Assembly (NCBI GenBank): GCA_965153455.1
Contig: OZ234493.1
Location: 1,550,001 to 1,614,000 of the forward strand
DNA from: Sphagnum compactum
Lineage: Eukaryota
Direction: 5' to 3'
Length of the DNA: 64,000 nucleotides
The first letter of the stretch is position 1. Each line of letters opens with the position of its first letter. A program made the translations under genes and the position numbers. Shown piece after piece: positions 1 to 12,584 of this stretch. The notes under the pieces were generated by a model. The model had not been told where the DNA came from, ran no database searches, and saw nothing but the letters and a program-made list of their open reading frames with translations.

Positions 1-598
1 CTTATAGTCTTCTATAATCTCTTAAAGTTTCACTCCAAAAAAATTTCACAATAGATCTAGATCTAGACTTAAAGATCTGATTTCCACAACTCTTGATATG
101 TGGATCTCCTCTCACCTCTTTTCTTTTCTTTTCTTTCTCTTCACTTTTTTCCTTTCCCCGTTTCTCTTTTGCACTTGACAAACTCCTATGATATTACTAG
201 AGACTCTCAAGCTCTAGTTCTAAAGACTTTCTAGCTCTAAATCTCTTTCAACTTTCTCACCAAACAACCTAAGCTCTGATACCATGTTAACAAATAGGAG
301 ATCTACTCAAGTGCAAACATAAAACTTTATTGAAAGGAAACTATAACACGATGCTCACAACAAAAAACACAAAATCAAGAACTCCTCAAAGTTCTTATCA
401 CAAGAAATACACAAACTTGTGTAATGAAGAAAAGAGAAGCAAACCATCAACACCAAGGTATTTAACTAAAAAGACCAAACCACAAATAACCAAACTAAAA
501 TAAGTAACGAAAGTAATTTAACCTTGTGAAAGTAACCTAGTTACTTTCCTACTCCAGTAACTAATGAAACCTAACTAGTTGAGCTTGAATTCTCAACA
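1..598 (-). mobile_element. 5' end of an LTR retrotransposon (probably Ty1/copia): 314-bp LTR 285..598, PBS 273..284, leader running off the left edge
   Basis: The minus strand reads TGTTGAGA(598)...TTAACA(285) immediately followed by TGGTATCAGAGC, the canonical tRNA-iMet primer-binding site. The LTR has TGTT/AACA inverted termini and an AATAAA near 326-331 on the minus strand. A purine-rich leader follows the PBS. Confidence 0.88.
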
Positions 599-2902
599 TG
601 CCACCTTCTTCACTTGCCCTCCTCTCCATAATATTTTTCTTGTATTTCTTGTTACAAGAAGCCTTCACAAGTCAAGAGAAACTATCAAATGTTATAGCAA
701 ATTGGGATTACCGTATTATGAGGGTAAAGGGGAATAATTACAACAACATCCAACAAGCTTCCCCATACAACTAAAAGTTACATTACAAGATGGGATTGAC
801 ATTATCTAGTGATCCATGTTACACCTAAGATTTTGTACACAAATTGTGGGCCTATTAAAAAGGACAGATTGAGTACCTTGTTGAAATGAGTTGAAGGTTA
901 CAAACTATGGCTCAATGGACCTGCAGGGACAACATTGGAACCTTATCAAATGTCACATGAAATAATTTGGGTGACCACATCAAAACAAGTGGGAGTGGTT
1001 ATAGGGACATGTTGTGAGATGTCACACGAAATTGGGATCAATATATTATCTGAGCAAGTGGACCTAATTACAACACCATTAAACAAGTTCCATCAAAAGA
1101 CTTCCAAGGTAAAATATTGTAAAAGGGGGCCTGTTACAAGGCATGGACATATTACTTGGAATTAAAATCATTTAGTAAGTCATGTTTCATTTAGCGTTGA
1201 GTTGACAAAATAGGGCAATTTAGGCAAGATAACGAATAAAACACAGTTTGCGGGCATGTTACAAAGGATAAATTGAGGTTGCTTAGAATGAATACCTTGT
1301 TGAAATGAATTGTAGGTTACACAATGTGGTTCAATTGATCTATAGGGGCACCACAAAAACATTGTTAACACAAAATGGGGACAATTTGTGGGCATGCATG
1401 TTATAGGTGAAAGCCTACGATTGCATTATGATTGAATGCCTTGATAGAATGAATTGTAGGTTACAAAGGATAAAAAACCAAAAAAAACCATGGAAACAAG
1501 AAGATTTAATAGTATGTACATGTTACAAGGGAAACTACTAAACAATGCATACCTTTTCAATTCTAGGGACCACAAAGAAGAGCTAGATTTTTCGTAGAAT
1601 GTTGTTGAGCGTAGTTGAAATCAGATGAAGGAATAACACTTGCAAGAAACATGCAATCATAGAATTGTTATTTATCTAATCAAGAAGGGGGAACTTGGAT
1701 CACTTTGGGAGATGCAAGATGTTGAAGACTTTAACCAAATTAATGAAGGTAACAATGAAGAAGGAAGGAAAAAAACATCTCTATGTAGGCACACAACATT
1801 CGGACAAAACTGTGCGCTTGGTAGTTTCAGAAAGGGATTGAAAAGCAATCTTTCACTTGTAATTCATACATCCAAGCTTGCAAAGCAGAGTAATTTCTTC
1901 TACCTGTAATTTCTACAATGAAGCTAATAACATGTAATTTCTACAAGCAAACTACAAGTAATGCAAGACCTTTGAATTGGGCAATGCATGCACCTAGATA
2001 GGGTGTTGTAGAAGCATTTGTAGCAGTTGTATCGATGCAATCAATCAATGATGAAGGTACTGGAGAAAAACCAGAGGTGTTGTGAGAGCATTCGACAATG
2101 GGTGCAAGCACGTAGAAAAATGATGGAGGGAGACGTTGCAAGACTGTGCGATACAAAACGCAAAACATGTGCAACAACGAAGGACAACGATGATGCCCTA
2201 AAGCCAAAAGGCCCCTAAAGCCAAAAGGTCCGTCATCATGATGGTGGGAGGCCATGGTGGTATGGCATGCATGGCAAAAGAGTACCATGAGGATGGGGAT
2301 GTTGATGGTTCATTACGCAAAATAAGTAACGCAAGCGTAACTGTTGTCGATGAACGGACAGCTTGTTACGTGGAGAGGGAAATTGAGAGTCCAGAGGTTA
2401 CGAGGGCAAGGGGAAGGCTGACGTCATGGTGACGTGCGGTAGTCCTTTCGTACCGGTAGCATTCAAGACCCTTGGCCTGTTTAGCATTTTCCCTGCGATT
2501 TCACAAAAAATATTTTAGCACAGTACATTTCGCCTGATGGGGATGTGATGTCAATATAATCTCAGGCTCAAGTCCCCAGAGTAAAGAAAGCTAGAACGAT
2601 TTATTTGAAGGCTCAATAATAGAGAGTGTTTGTAAGTACAAGGCCACAGATCCATGTACAGACATTTTATATAAAGAGCCTTAGGGCATGCTGACCATAA
2701 TGTTGCAACGTTCTTGGCAATTGGACTTAGAGTAGCTGCTTGGTCAATTCTACTCCACGGACAAAACACAAGAATAGGACCATAGACAACAACACAAGAA
2801 TTAGCCATGTAATAATGTCTTGGCTCTAGTCCTTTGAGTACTTATACTGGGTACCCCATCAGAGCAAGGAGCAAAGAGGTGGTGCATTTTAGGAAAATGA
2901 AA

Positions 2903-3259
2903 TGCCCATATCGTAGTACCTGAATGATTTCGGCATAAATTAAATTGTTTTTTAGTTTTGTCGAATTTTTGAATTTTTACTTATTATTTGTGCTGAAATT
3001 TCAATAAAATAAAAAATTCAACTGCCAGGTTTGCACTGCAGATGTTCAAGCACAGAACCTTAACACGGAGACAGTCTAAACACACTAGACTGTTCCATAA
3101 CCTTGAGGAGAATCTTTTAATTATTTTATATAATCATTAGCCTACCTGCTAAAAATTTCAGAATTAAAAGACCAAGTGCAGAAGTTAAAATTTAGAATTT
3201 AATTAATTATTCGACAGTTTGTTGCCAAAATCGTTCAGCTACTACTTTAGTAATGGGCA
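2903..3259. mobile_element. MITE-like element with terminal inverted repeats
   Basis: Left GTAGTACCTGAATGATTTCGGCA (2913-2935) vs reverse complement of the right end GTAGTAGCTGAACGATTTTGGCA (3223-3245); outer TGCCCA/TGGGCA; AT-rich interior. TSD not resolved. Confidence 0.7.
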
Positions 3260-3412
3260 GTTTCTCTCTTTGAAACGAAATGGGCCACCTTCTGCAGCGG
3301 AAAGAATTTGTTGAATAAGGTGTCCTGCAAATAGAGTAGGAAATACTTGCTGGTGCTTTACACATGCACTAAGATGTTTTCCAAAAAAATTTATGTTTCT
3401 CCTAGTCTTAAC

Positions 3413-3731
3413 CAGTTGTGGGGGGTGGTTCTTTGATTTTATTATACCTTATGGTTCTGGGCTTTTCAAAAATTTCAAAATCTAAGAATCCCTAGTCCTG
3501 GGTTTTCCAATTAATTTAATTTTTTTTAAAAAACCAGCAATTCCAAGTTTTTGAATATTTTCAAAGAATGGGCAGGTTTCCTCGAACGATCAACAAATAA
3601 CTCATGATTCAAGGTAGGTTCTATAACTGGTTCATTGAATTTTCAAGCACCATTGGTCACGGGTCCATATACCCAATCCTAACCTACCCTTGCCTACTGG
3701 TTATTTCTTTGGTGAAGAGAGCATCACACTG
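3413..3731. mobile_element. Non-autonomous hAT-like element (CAGT...CACTG ends)
   Basis: Starts CAGTTGTG and ends CACACTG; flanked by GTCTTAAC and GTTAAAC. The interior GGTTCT/GAACC-rich family recurs near 14040, 23320, 32450, 39240, 43740 and 47030. Confidence 0.6.
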
Positions 3732-3738
3732 GTTAAAC

Positions 3739-4165
3739 CAGTGGTGGCCAGTTATCTGAATTTTAGATCGGTTATCAGCCTGGTTATCAGGCAGGTTATC
3801 AGTAACTTACCAGCCAGTTATTATTTTTTAATAATAACTTAACCACCTGGTATTGAATTTTCAAAATCTAATAATCTACCCAGATCACCTAGTTATCATT
3901 CAAAACACTAAACATTTTTATGATACAAAAAAACACCAGAATTTCTTTTCGTCGATTTTGATTTTTTAAAACCAATGTATAACTGATGGTTAACTGGTGG
4001 GTTAACTGGTAATTATCAACTTGGTATTTGAAGACCTACCTTTATGCATAACTAACTATTATTATCAAAAAATATTAATAACCTAATCGGCATCCAATTT
4101 TTTTTTGAAAAAGAAAAAACCTAGCCAGAGCTTATGAAAAAAAAATCAATAAACGGCCAACGCTG
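3739..4165. mobile_element. Non-autonomous hAT-like element
   Basis: TIRs CAGTGGTGGCCAGTT / AAACGGCCAACGCTG; subterminal GGTTAT/ATAAC repeats; right flank GTCTCAAC matches the left flank of the adjacent element (GTCTTAAC) at 7/8. Confidence 0.65.
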
Positions 4166-4356
4166 GTCTCAACTAATTTTGGACAGGTACCACTAGGCTG
4201 GAACCTTGCTATATAGACTGGTACTAGTCCTGATAGTAAAGAAATGACTAGATTGGTATGACTTTAGGCAATACCAGCCTAATACCAATACCTCCCTGGT
4301 GTGGACATGAGGTTATACCAGTATGGTCTTCATCCTACACCAATATACCAGTTGTT

Positions 4357-4652
4357 TGTTGGGCTTGCCTACCAAGGCAAGAAAATTGTGTTTAGATTCA
4401 TCGTAGAGTATAGTAGCTTACCGGATTTTGGCCCCTAGGTAATAATAATAGGTCTATTTTTATATGAGGATTTTTGAACGATGATATTTTGGCTTGTGTT
4501 GAAATTAGCTATAGAGTTATAATAACTTGAAGGATTTTGGATTCTTTTCGGGATTTTTGAAAGATTATATTTTGCATGGTGAAATATTTGAGTTTTCATA
4601 ATTCTTCTTTATCCTTAAGATGCTTTTTAATGTAAATGGCAAGGCCACAGTG
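4357..4652. repeat. Dispersed ~300-bp repeat (MITE-like), copy 1
   Basis: Reverse-complement homolog of 53784-54091, with shared blocks such as GGATTTTGGCCCCTAGGTAATAATAATAGGTCTATTTTTAT; short inverted ends GGCTTGCC/GGCAAGGCC. Confidence 0.85.
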
Positions 4653-7499
4653 TGACACACCCCTTGTTTCAAAAGTTATTAAGGTTATTAAGTTACCCAC
4701 CCAACACTGCACTTAAGTCTCCTGTTGGTCTTGAACTAACGTCATATCGTTCTCACATATCCCAAGGGAACAGAAAAGGAGACCTCTCTAAGTCTTCTCA
4801 CCACAACGGAGGAGTCATCAGGAGAGTTAAGTGAATGGATGAGGGGGAAAGGACTGACTGAGGTTGTACTTGGAACACATGGGAGTTAAAGAAATATAAG
4901 GCAATTCTTTGAGCTGATGGGGTTGTTGATTCCTCTGTCAGGGAGGTTCTGGCAAAGCTCCATCATGTACAGATGATTATAAATCTACTAGAGATCCATC
5001 TTGTTACTATCCAATCTTAATGGCCACCATTGCATTCCATGCAGTAATAATAAGGACAATGAAGGGAAGCTGTCAGTGAGCTTTAAGCAGTTTTTAACAG
5101 GACTTCACGTGAGGGACTGAGGGCGGGAAGCAGATGTGGTGGGTACTGCATGGATGGATGGAGGGTGGACAGGGAATACTCCATTCACATTGGTATGGAT
5201 GTTAGCTACGTATGAACCATCCACATGTATCTACATACCTGGTAGGCATCAAGTGCCTTATCTACTTACCTACCTACTACTTACATTCCTTACCTATTTA
5301 GATATGATACTTTTAATGGTATGGTCACACCTAATGTTATCTCCAATTTTAGGTTAATGTTAACAATCTTGAAATTAGTCATTAGTACACATTTAAAATG
5401 TTAAGTAACATTAAATCTTAGGTGACATATGACATGGCATTGATGTCAAGGTGATGTTAGTAGCCATTGTTAACTAACATTAAATTTTTGATAAAAGTAG
5501 ATTTCAAAACTTCACATTAATGTCAACTAGAGTTTCAAAAATGACAAATCAACTCAATGTTAAGCATGCATCATTATTTATTCTTATTTTTAACATAAAT
5601 TACCTTTGTAGATGTGGATTAACTTGCAAACCCCAAAAAATAACTCAATGTTGGTTACTAATTAACATCATGTGTGGAGGTGTTGAAATAATGTTTTAAA
5701 AGTTTATGGTAACTTGCAATGTTAAAAATTGTGATATTGTGATTTGTGGCACTTTGTTGATGTTAAGGTGATCTTAGTTGCTAGCCCTTAACACCAAGCG
5801 TGGCCATATTTTTACCCACTTAAATTGATAGGCAATGTGAGGAAGAAAGTTGAAAAGTTTACATGAATGGTTACCAAGGTGGAACTTGGTAACATCCACA
5901 ACTAAATCATAATGGGTTTCCACTAGATCTTATGGGTATAGGGTCACATAAATTTTTTTGGAACAAGGTAGGATTGTAATTAACAAATCTTAATGTGCAT
6001 TTCCTTTAATTCTCTTTTTTATTATCCTCAATAACCACCATCTTGATCTATGTTTGGTGGGAATGATGTGTGAACTAGGTGGAATTTGGAAACAAGTTAG
6101 GATTTTTTTAATAAACGATTGCAACTATTAAAATGTTTCAATAAATATTCAATTCAATTTACATTCACCAATATGTGCCCTTCAAGACGTTTTCCTTAAT
6201 ATGTTGAATAAAAATATTTTCATGAATGAATTTTTTAAACAATCCTCCTTACTATACCATAGGGGTTAACAAATTTTGTGGTTCCCTCAATTTTGATTTA
6301 TTCTAATGTCTTGGAGAATATTTTCACTAATGTCAAAAAAACATGCCCACAATGGTAAAATTGAAGGCCATCTATCATGTTACTTAAAATTCGCATTTGA
6401 CCATTGGTTGAACCCAATACAAAAGCAACAAGCCCAAATTCAAAATTTCTTTTTTGCCCCCAAATTGTAGCAAAGATACATTTTTTCATAGGTAGTTTGT
6501 GTGACATTGGATGATAGCAATGTCAACACACAAAGCTTTCAATGATGTTAGTTGTGGAGCAAACATTAAATTGATTCCAACGAAATGGCATAAAGGTGAA
6601 AATTTTCATCACTAAAAAAGAGAATCAACTTTTCATTTCTTTTTTGCACATGTTGCAAGATCTAAAAACAAGAAACAATTGTAAAAATGCAACATTATGG
6701 GATCAAGTCTGCAAGCAATACAACAAAAATTGACCAATCACACATGCATAAAGGCCAACCCATTTTTTGGAATTGGAATGGGGTAAGATCAAGCATGATG
6801 TTTCTAAGTTTATTGAAAAGTTCAAAAAAATTTATGCACTTTATGAATGAAACAAGCACCAAAGACACTTTACAAAACCTTTGGATTTTTACAAATTAAA
6901 AAATCCATAAAATCAAAATTTTACCTTCATTCACTACCAATTGATATTGGCTAATGCGTGTGTGACAAGGTGAAGAAAAACCCATCCAACAAATGTATGA
7001 CTTGCATTACTGACATGGAAACAAATATTGCCAAAGTTGATCACATGGGGGTAGATGCAAGCTATGGTGGCTCACTTTTGTGACAAAACAGTGTGTTTTC
7101 CATGGGTACCTTTTAATCAAATGCATATGGTGATTAATATATCTTTGAATCTATTAATTGGAACTTGGATCTAAACTAATAATTTCATTATGAAGAGAAT
7201 TGTGTGGTTATTTATTGATAAAAAAATCATTTGCTAGTAGTAATGGACTAGTCATTCGACTAGAACATCACAAAATGGAAAAATATATCTTGATTCACAT
7301 TCCAAATTTGTTATTAGGACTCAATATATAATGTAATACAAGATGATAAACTCATATGAGGAATCTTTTCTTTGAAAACCTTAACCATTTAATAGTTAAA
7401 GACTTTTGAATGGTTAATGATTGAATAGTTCATATGAGTTGTAATTTTTATTTGTTTTTCAATTTTTTTGTCCCAAAAGCATATTTTTTGAAAATTTTA

Positions 7500-8560
7500 G
7501 ATGGGGCATTTTATGTATGGACTTTGTGGGTTTTCCTTTTAAGATTTCCAAATTTAAAAATGACATGATCAACTACATTAAATACAAGTTTTCACACATA
7601 TTTGAAAAGGTTTGTAGGTGATTGAACCCGTATTATTCAAAGGGTAGAATAATAATATTTTAAAAAGTATCAACCATGTCCATTTGAATCATTTTAAAGA
7701 ATCTTGTATGGACTTGTAAGGAATGTAAATTTTGTTAATATCGAATCACCGTAACTTGCATCTACCCATGGATGTTAACACTTCACTTCCTAATCCTATA
7801 CATCACCATTCACAAGGATTGAAAGCAACCAAGGAATCAAAGCCAGTAGCAATACTGAAAATTATGTAATGAGAGCCCAAACAATGGCAATGAAATTGGT
7901 TGCAACCACATCAAAGAACTAGGTGACAATTCTTGAAGACCAAAATTACATGTTGTTTTTCATAATGTTGAAAACCACCACAAACTCCAAAAGTGTGAGT
8001 TTTTTGAGCTCCAATAAGTAGAAGAACTTCAAAATTTACAACATCAATTCCAACTCCACACCAATTATTTTACAACAACATTGAATTTTGCAATGCATGC
8101 CTTTGCAATTTTCAACCTATTATAAGAAAAACCTGACAATGATGATTCAGTGTACCAAAAAAAATAAAATTGATTCCATAATAAATATATGGACATGACA
8201 ATTTGATAATAAGGCAAGAAAGTCTCAAAAAAATTACTTCATTTTACATGGGCATTATTTTTTCAAATCCCACAAATGATATCATTTTTCAAAATGTCAT
8301 TTGTCTCACGATTCTCAATCTCTTCTATTCCATTTTTGAATTGTTGAAATGTGAGTCCACAACCCATTTCAATTACATCATCTTTGAAACATGATATCAA
8401 ATTCAAGGTAGATTCATCCTCTAGAATCATATTGTTCATGATGACACAAATAACCCTAAACACTTCCAAAGGTATTATTCAAGGCATCAATTTAATTTTT
8501 TCTCACCCGTTATTCCATGCATTGGCGCAAACTAGTGCACGCTTTAAACTTTGTCACCTC
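7500..8560. mobile_element. Fossil PIF/Harbinger transposon: ORF1 remnant (+, ~7500-8050) convergent with the transposase C-terminus (-, ~8263-8560)
   Basis: Minus-strand ICVIMNNMILEDE...LTFQQF...ILKNDII resembles the CIILHNMIVEDE...LRNDLI end of plant PIF transposases. Plus-strand QGLKATKE...MRAQT...ILEDQNYMLFFIM...EFFELQ*VEELQ resembles the NAM-associated C-terminal domain of Harbinger ORF1. Stops and frameshifts are present; boundaries are approximate. Confidence 0.72.
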
Positions 8561-11358
8561 CACCTATTACCTCCTAGAAGCTTCCTCTTCACTCCACTTG
8601 AGTTTCCTTTGCTTCTTGCTAACCTAAAAACAAGTTACCATTTGTAGTTTTTGGTGAATGTTGCCACCAATGTTTTAATCCATCAAAGGCATGCATAAAA
8701 GGTTTATTGCATATAGGAAATGACATTGTTGCAAATGTAGTGAATTCGTTTACAAATGTGAAAAACTTATTTGCGAAATCCAACAATGTGGGAGCAACTA
8801 AGTAACTAATAAGGTGTAAGATTTTGGAACAACTTTAATTGATGTTATTCATGTACTATTGTTGGTGCTTTTGTGTTGATGATCATGTGATGTTGTTGTT
8901 TGTAGATTACTATTGTTGACTATAATGTTATTACAATATTACAAAGAAATTATATATGAACCCATGTGTAAATTACAACTTGTGTTTAAATCAACCATTT
9001 TTATTATTGTTATTTCAATTTTGTCTTTTATGGCACATGAAAAAAAAACTTGTAGTTGCATATTTAGTTACCAAATATGTTTAAGTTATAGATGTGATTA
9101 TGACTTGCAATTACTATTGGTTTCACAAAGATGAAAATGAAAAGTGTCTTCTTATCATCCACTGGGATCAATGGTGTCTAACAATACCAATGAAAATTTA
9201 GTTGTTTTTGCAACTAATAATGTGGTTTACAAATGATTAAGCAACATTTAACATTTTGTTCAATTTCAATTTTTTTTTTTTTTCATCTTTTATACCAAAT
9301 TTTGATATTTTTAAAAAAATTAGCAAACTTAATTGAATTTGCACCCAAAAAAAATAAAATTCCTAAATTTCGAATTTTTTATCGATTTAAAAAAAAAATC
9401 ATTAGGAGAAAAAACATTCCTTCAATTATGATTGTATATCATAATTCCAAATGTAAATGTGTTAATGATACACTAGTGCATGCAACATGTCATTTTAATT
9501 TACATAATTTAAGATTAAACAACTTTTCAATACACCCCTAGGTATCCTAGATTCGTAGGTACTTTAAGCAAGCCCTAGGTAACCCCAAGGTACTTTAGGT
9601 AAGCCCTAAAGTACCCAAATTAATTTAAATAACTTTTATGTAGCCTAGGTAGCTTACGCATACCCCTAGTAAGCCCATAGGTACACTTGTTAATCTAAGC
9701 AACCTTTAGGTAAGCCCTTAAATACTTTAGTTAGTTTAAACAACACTTAAGTAGCCTTTATGTATCTTACACTATGAGAAATCATGTCTATTGGAACCAC
9801 ATTGCTTTACTACGAAAGCTCAAAATCAACTACTATATAATTACATTACAACTAGAACATGGAAATGTATGTAGTTAACAAATAAATGCCAAATTAAATA
9901 TTCAAAGAATTATATTTGAGTTGCAATGGGAAACTTATGCAATGTGATGTACGCATCATGCATATAGACATAATCAATCATGTTTGATTTTTTGGCAAGT
10001 TGCACTTTAATTGCATGTGACAATTAACAACTGCTTGCAATTGGTGTAAATGTAGCATGTAATTACTAACTATCACTCAATAAATATGACACTTGCAATT
10101 AATTATCATCATATAGTTTTTAGAATGAAAGTGCAGGACAAAACATATTCTCTAAAAATTGAAGTTGCAACTTAGTTGTAAACTAAATTACAACTAAATT
10201 GTTTATTTCATATCTTTTGTCGTCCTTTTTAATTTTGTAAGTTATATAACTATGTAAAAAAGTAACTAACTAATGAGCTAAATAATTGTAAATTAATACT
10301 TACATAATAATCCATTAACTAATTCAATAAATTACATACTATTAACTCATCATTCATATATATGTAACAAATGACTGAAAAAAATTTAAATTAACGAAAT
10401 TAGTACTTATAAATTTTTGTTAATATTTTTTATTTTAAAAATAGATAACTGAAATATTAACCAATTAATAATAAGTTATCAAATAATATTTTATAATATA
10501 AATATAAAATATAAAAAAATATTAATTAACTTATTAATTATAAGATTTCATTAATGGTTCTTAAATAATCAAATAAAATAATAAATAATGATTAAATTTG
10601 GGTTTCTTTCCTTGTGAAAACCTTTGGAATTCAGTGAGTGAGGGTGTGAAGCAATGCCATAAGGAGTTAGTTGATGCTCAATGAGATTGATTCCAAAGCG
10701 TTCTAATTCACCTAAGCCTCAGGGTTCAGAAGTAGATGTTGTGTAGTTTAATTTCAGTAATAGATCGGTGTGGCAGTCAATATGGACCATGTACCAACAA
10801 TAGAAAGGAAGCTTTATGATCACAATTTACCCCTTCTTTTTGGCCACACAACATCTGAATGGAGTAAAAAAAGCCCAAGAGCAACTAGTTGCCCACTTAA
10901 GCAATATGATGTCAAGCTATACTTCGACATTCTTGCAGTATGCTAGAGATACTCAGAAGCTCCCCCTTTGGTCTTAAGTCTGTTTAGATGGTTTGATTCC
11001 TACAACAGACTACTCCTACATATCCACGGACTATGAGAATCACATTAGGAACAAGGCCCAAAATCCAGCCAACACTTTTATTACTCTGGTAGGAGTGTGT
11101 ATGTTAGCACGAGCAGAAATTTTGTATCTAGATAGCTCCTTATTCAGTGAAATATATACTTGGCAAAGGGCAAGGCATTTTGAAAACTGAGACACCTGCC
11201 AAAGGCATTTTCCTTTTTTTCCATTATACCCAATCCATTGGGTATCACAGGAAAAACAATTAAAATAATTCTTTTCAGATGCTTCATGTTGGGTAACACT
11301 AGCAAAATGGGGCATTCCAAAAATAAGTGCCCCTTGGCTCTGTCTCAGAAGACATTAG

Positions 11359-11711
11359 ATAAGCTATGGGTCCTTACTGCATGCAATACAAAAGTACTAC
11401 CTGCTTCTCTTTTTTCTCTTACTACCTATTTGCCTGTCCAAGGTGTGTCTGGATCTGTCCAAACACATTTTGGTACTGCCCTTTACACACTTTGGGTCAT
11501 GTTATGCACATTTTGGGTTTTAAATATGCATAACAGGACCCAAAAAGTATATAATGGGCAGTACCAAAATGTGTCTGGGCATCATCGATGTATTTTGAAA
11601 AAAAGATGGATCAGGCCAAGGGCAGAAATTGAAAAAAAGAAGCAGGCAGTATTCAGGGTTTAGGGGTTTAGGGTATAAAATTACTGCCTGTGATAAGGAC
11701 CCAATGCTTAT
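11359..11711. mobile_element. Fold-back MITE with nested inverted repeats
   Basis: Termini ATAAGCTATGGGTCCTTA / TAAGGACCCAATGCTTAT; middle arms TACTACCTGCTTCTCTTTTTTC / GAAAAAAAGAAGCAGGCAGTA; central ~55-bp-arm hairpin at 11459-11578. Confidence 0.85.
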
Positions 11712-12102
11712 TTAACAGCTTCCATCTGCCTAATGTGAGCACTTATTTGGGGATCACCTACATAAAACACCCCAGCTATTGCATGCTTTTTAAAAGTCCG
11801 ATCTTCCTCTTTCATTGATTTCTTATGAAGTTGTCAGCATCCAATGCCTCACTGTAGTAAATAAACACCTCAAATCAACTGACTGGGTAGTCGAGGCTCC
11901 GCACACAAATGAGACCAAATTTTAGTTGCTTTGCAGCAGAGTAAGTGAGTTGCAAACAAGCTCTTGAAAAGGAAGAACATCCACATTCAGGCATTTAGTG
12001 ATAACATTCAAATCAAATTCAATTATTATTTATAGCTCAAAATGTAGTAATGTTGACATTTACTAGTCTACAATGTATACCTTCCAAAGAGCTCTCAGCT
12101 AA

Positions 12103-12186
12103 GGGGGTTACCCCAGTGGTTTAGGGGGGTGGTCTTGTGGGCTGCTAAGCGAGTAGGTTGGAGTTTCAAATCCTAACTGGGACCCC
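12103..12186 (+). other. Degenerate tRNA-like sequence, possible tRNA-derived SINE head
   Basis: A-box-like TACCCCAGTGG near 12109, B-box-like GTTTCAAATCC (12163-12173), ends GGGGT/ACCCC able to pair. No proper cloverleaf or anticodon arm. Confidence 0.4.
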
Positions 12187-12378
12187 TTCTCCTCACGCTC
12201 TGTGAGGATAAATCATCGATCCTGGCAGTTAGGGTTTGTGAGGCTCTGTTGCCAGAGTTATCAATACCACAAATATGTCAACTATAATTACTAGGCTAGC
12301 CACACATTTGAAGACCCTCTAACTGGCAAACAATTCTTTGAATGGCTCTTATGAAATCAAGTTGAAAAAGACATCTAA

Positions 12379-12584
12379 AGGTCCATTCACACTTGGTGTT
12401 TAGTGACTCTTTAGTGGTAAGTCCATTAACACCATATTAGACACCATATTAGTCATAACTTATTTATTGTGAAGATTTTATGTTAAACTAACATTCACTT
12501 AACATTAAGCTATCGTCCATATAACATTGGGTGCCACCTAGATTTTCATTTAACATTGGTTTAACATCAAGTGTGAATGCACCA
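12379..12584. mobile_element. Tourist-like (PIF/Harbinger) MITE, copy A
   Basis: TIR GGTCCATTCACACTTGGTGTT / AACATCAAGTGTGAATGCACC; flanked by TAA on both sides; homologous to 26160-26372 and 34433-34648. Confidence 0.88.

Noticed and set aside
2419..2436. as-1-like pair of TGACG motifs
   Set aside because: Spacing is 11 rather than 12 and no adjacent gene is visible.
5820..7120. Coding-like decayed sequence, also near 35900-36550 and 57700-59150
   Set aside because: Probably TE fossils, but I could not recognise a diagnostic motif in any frame.
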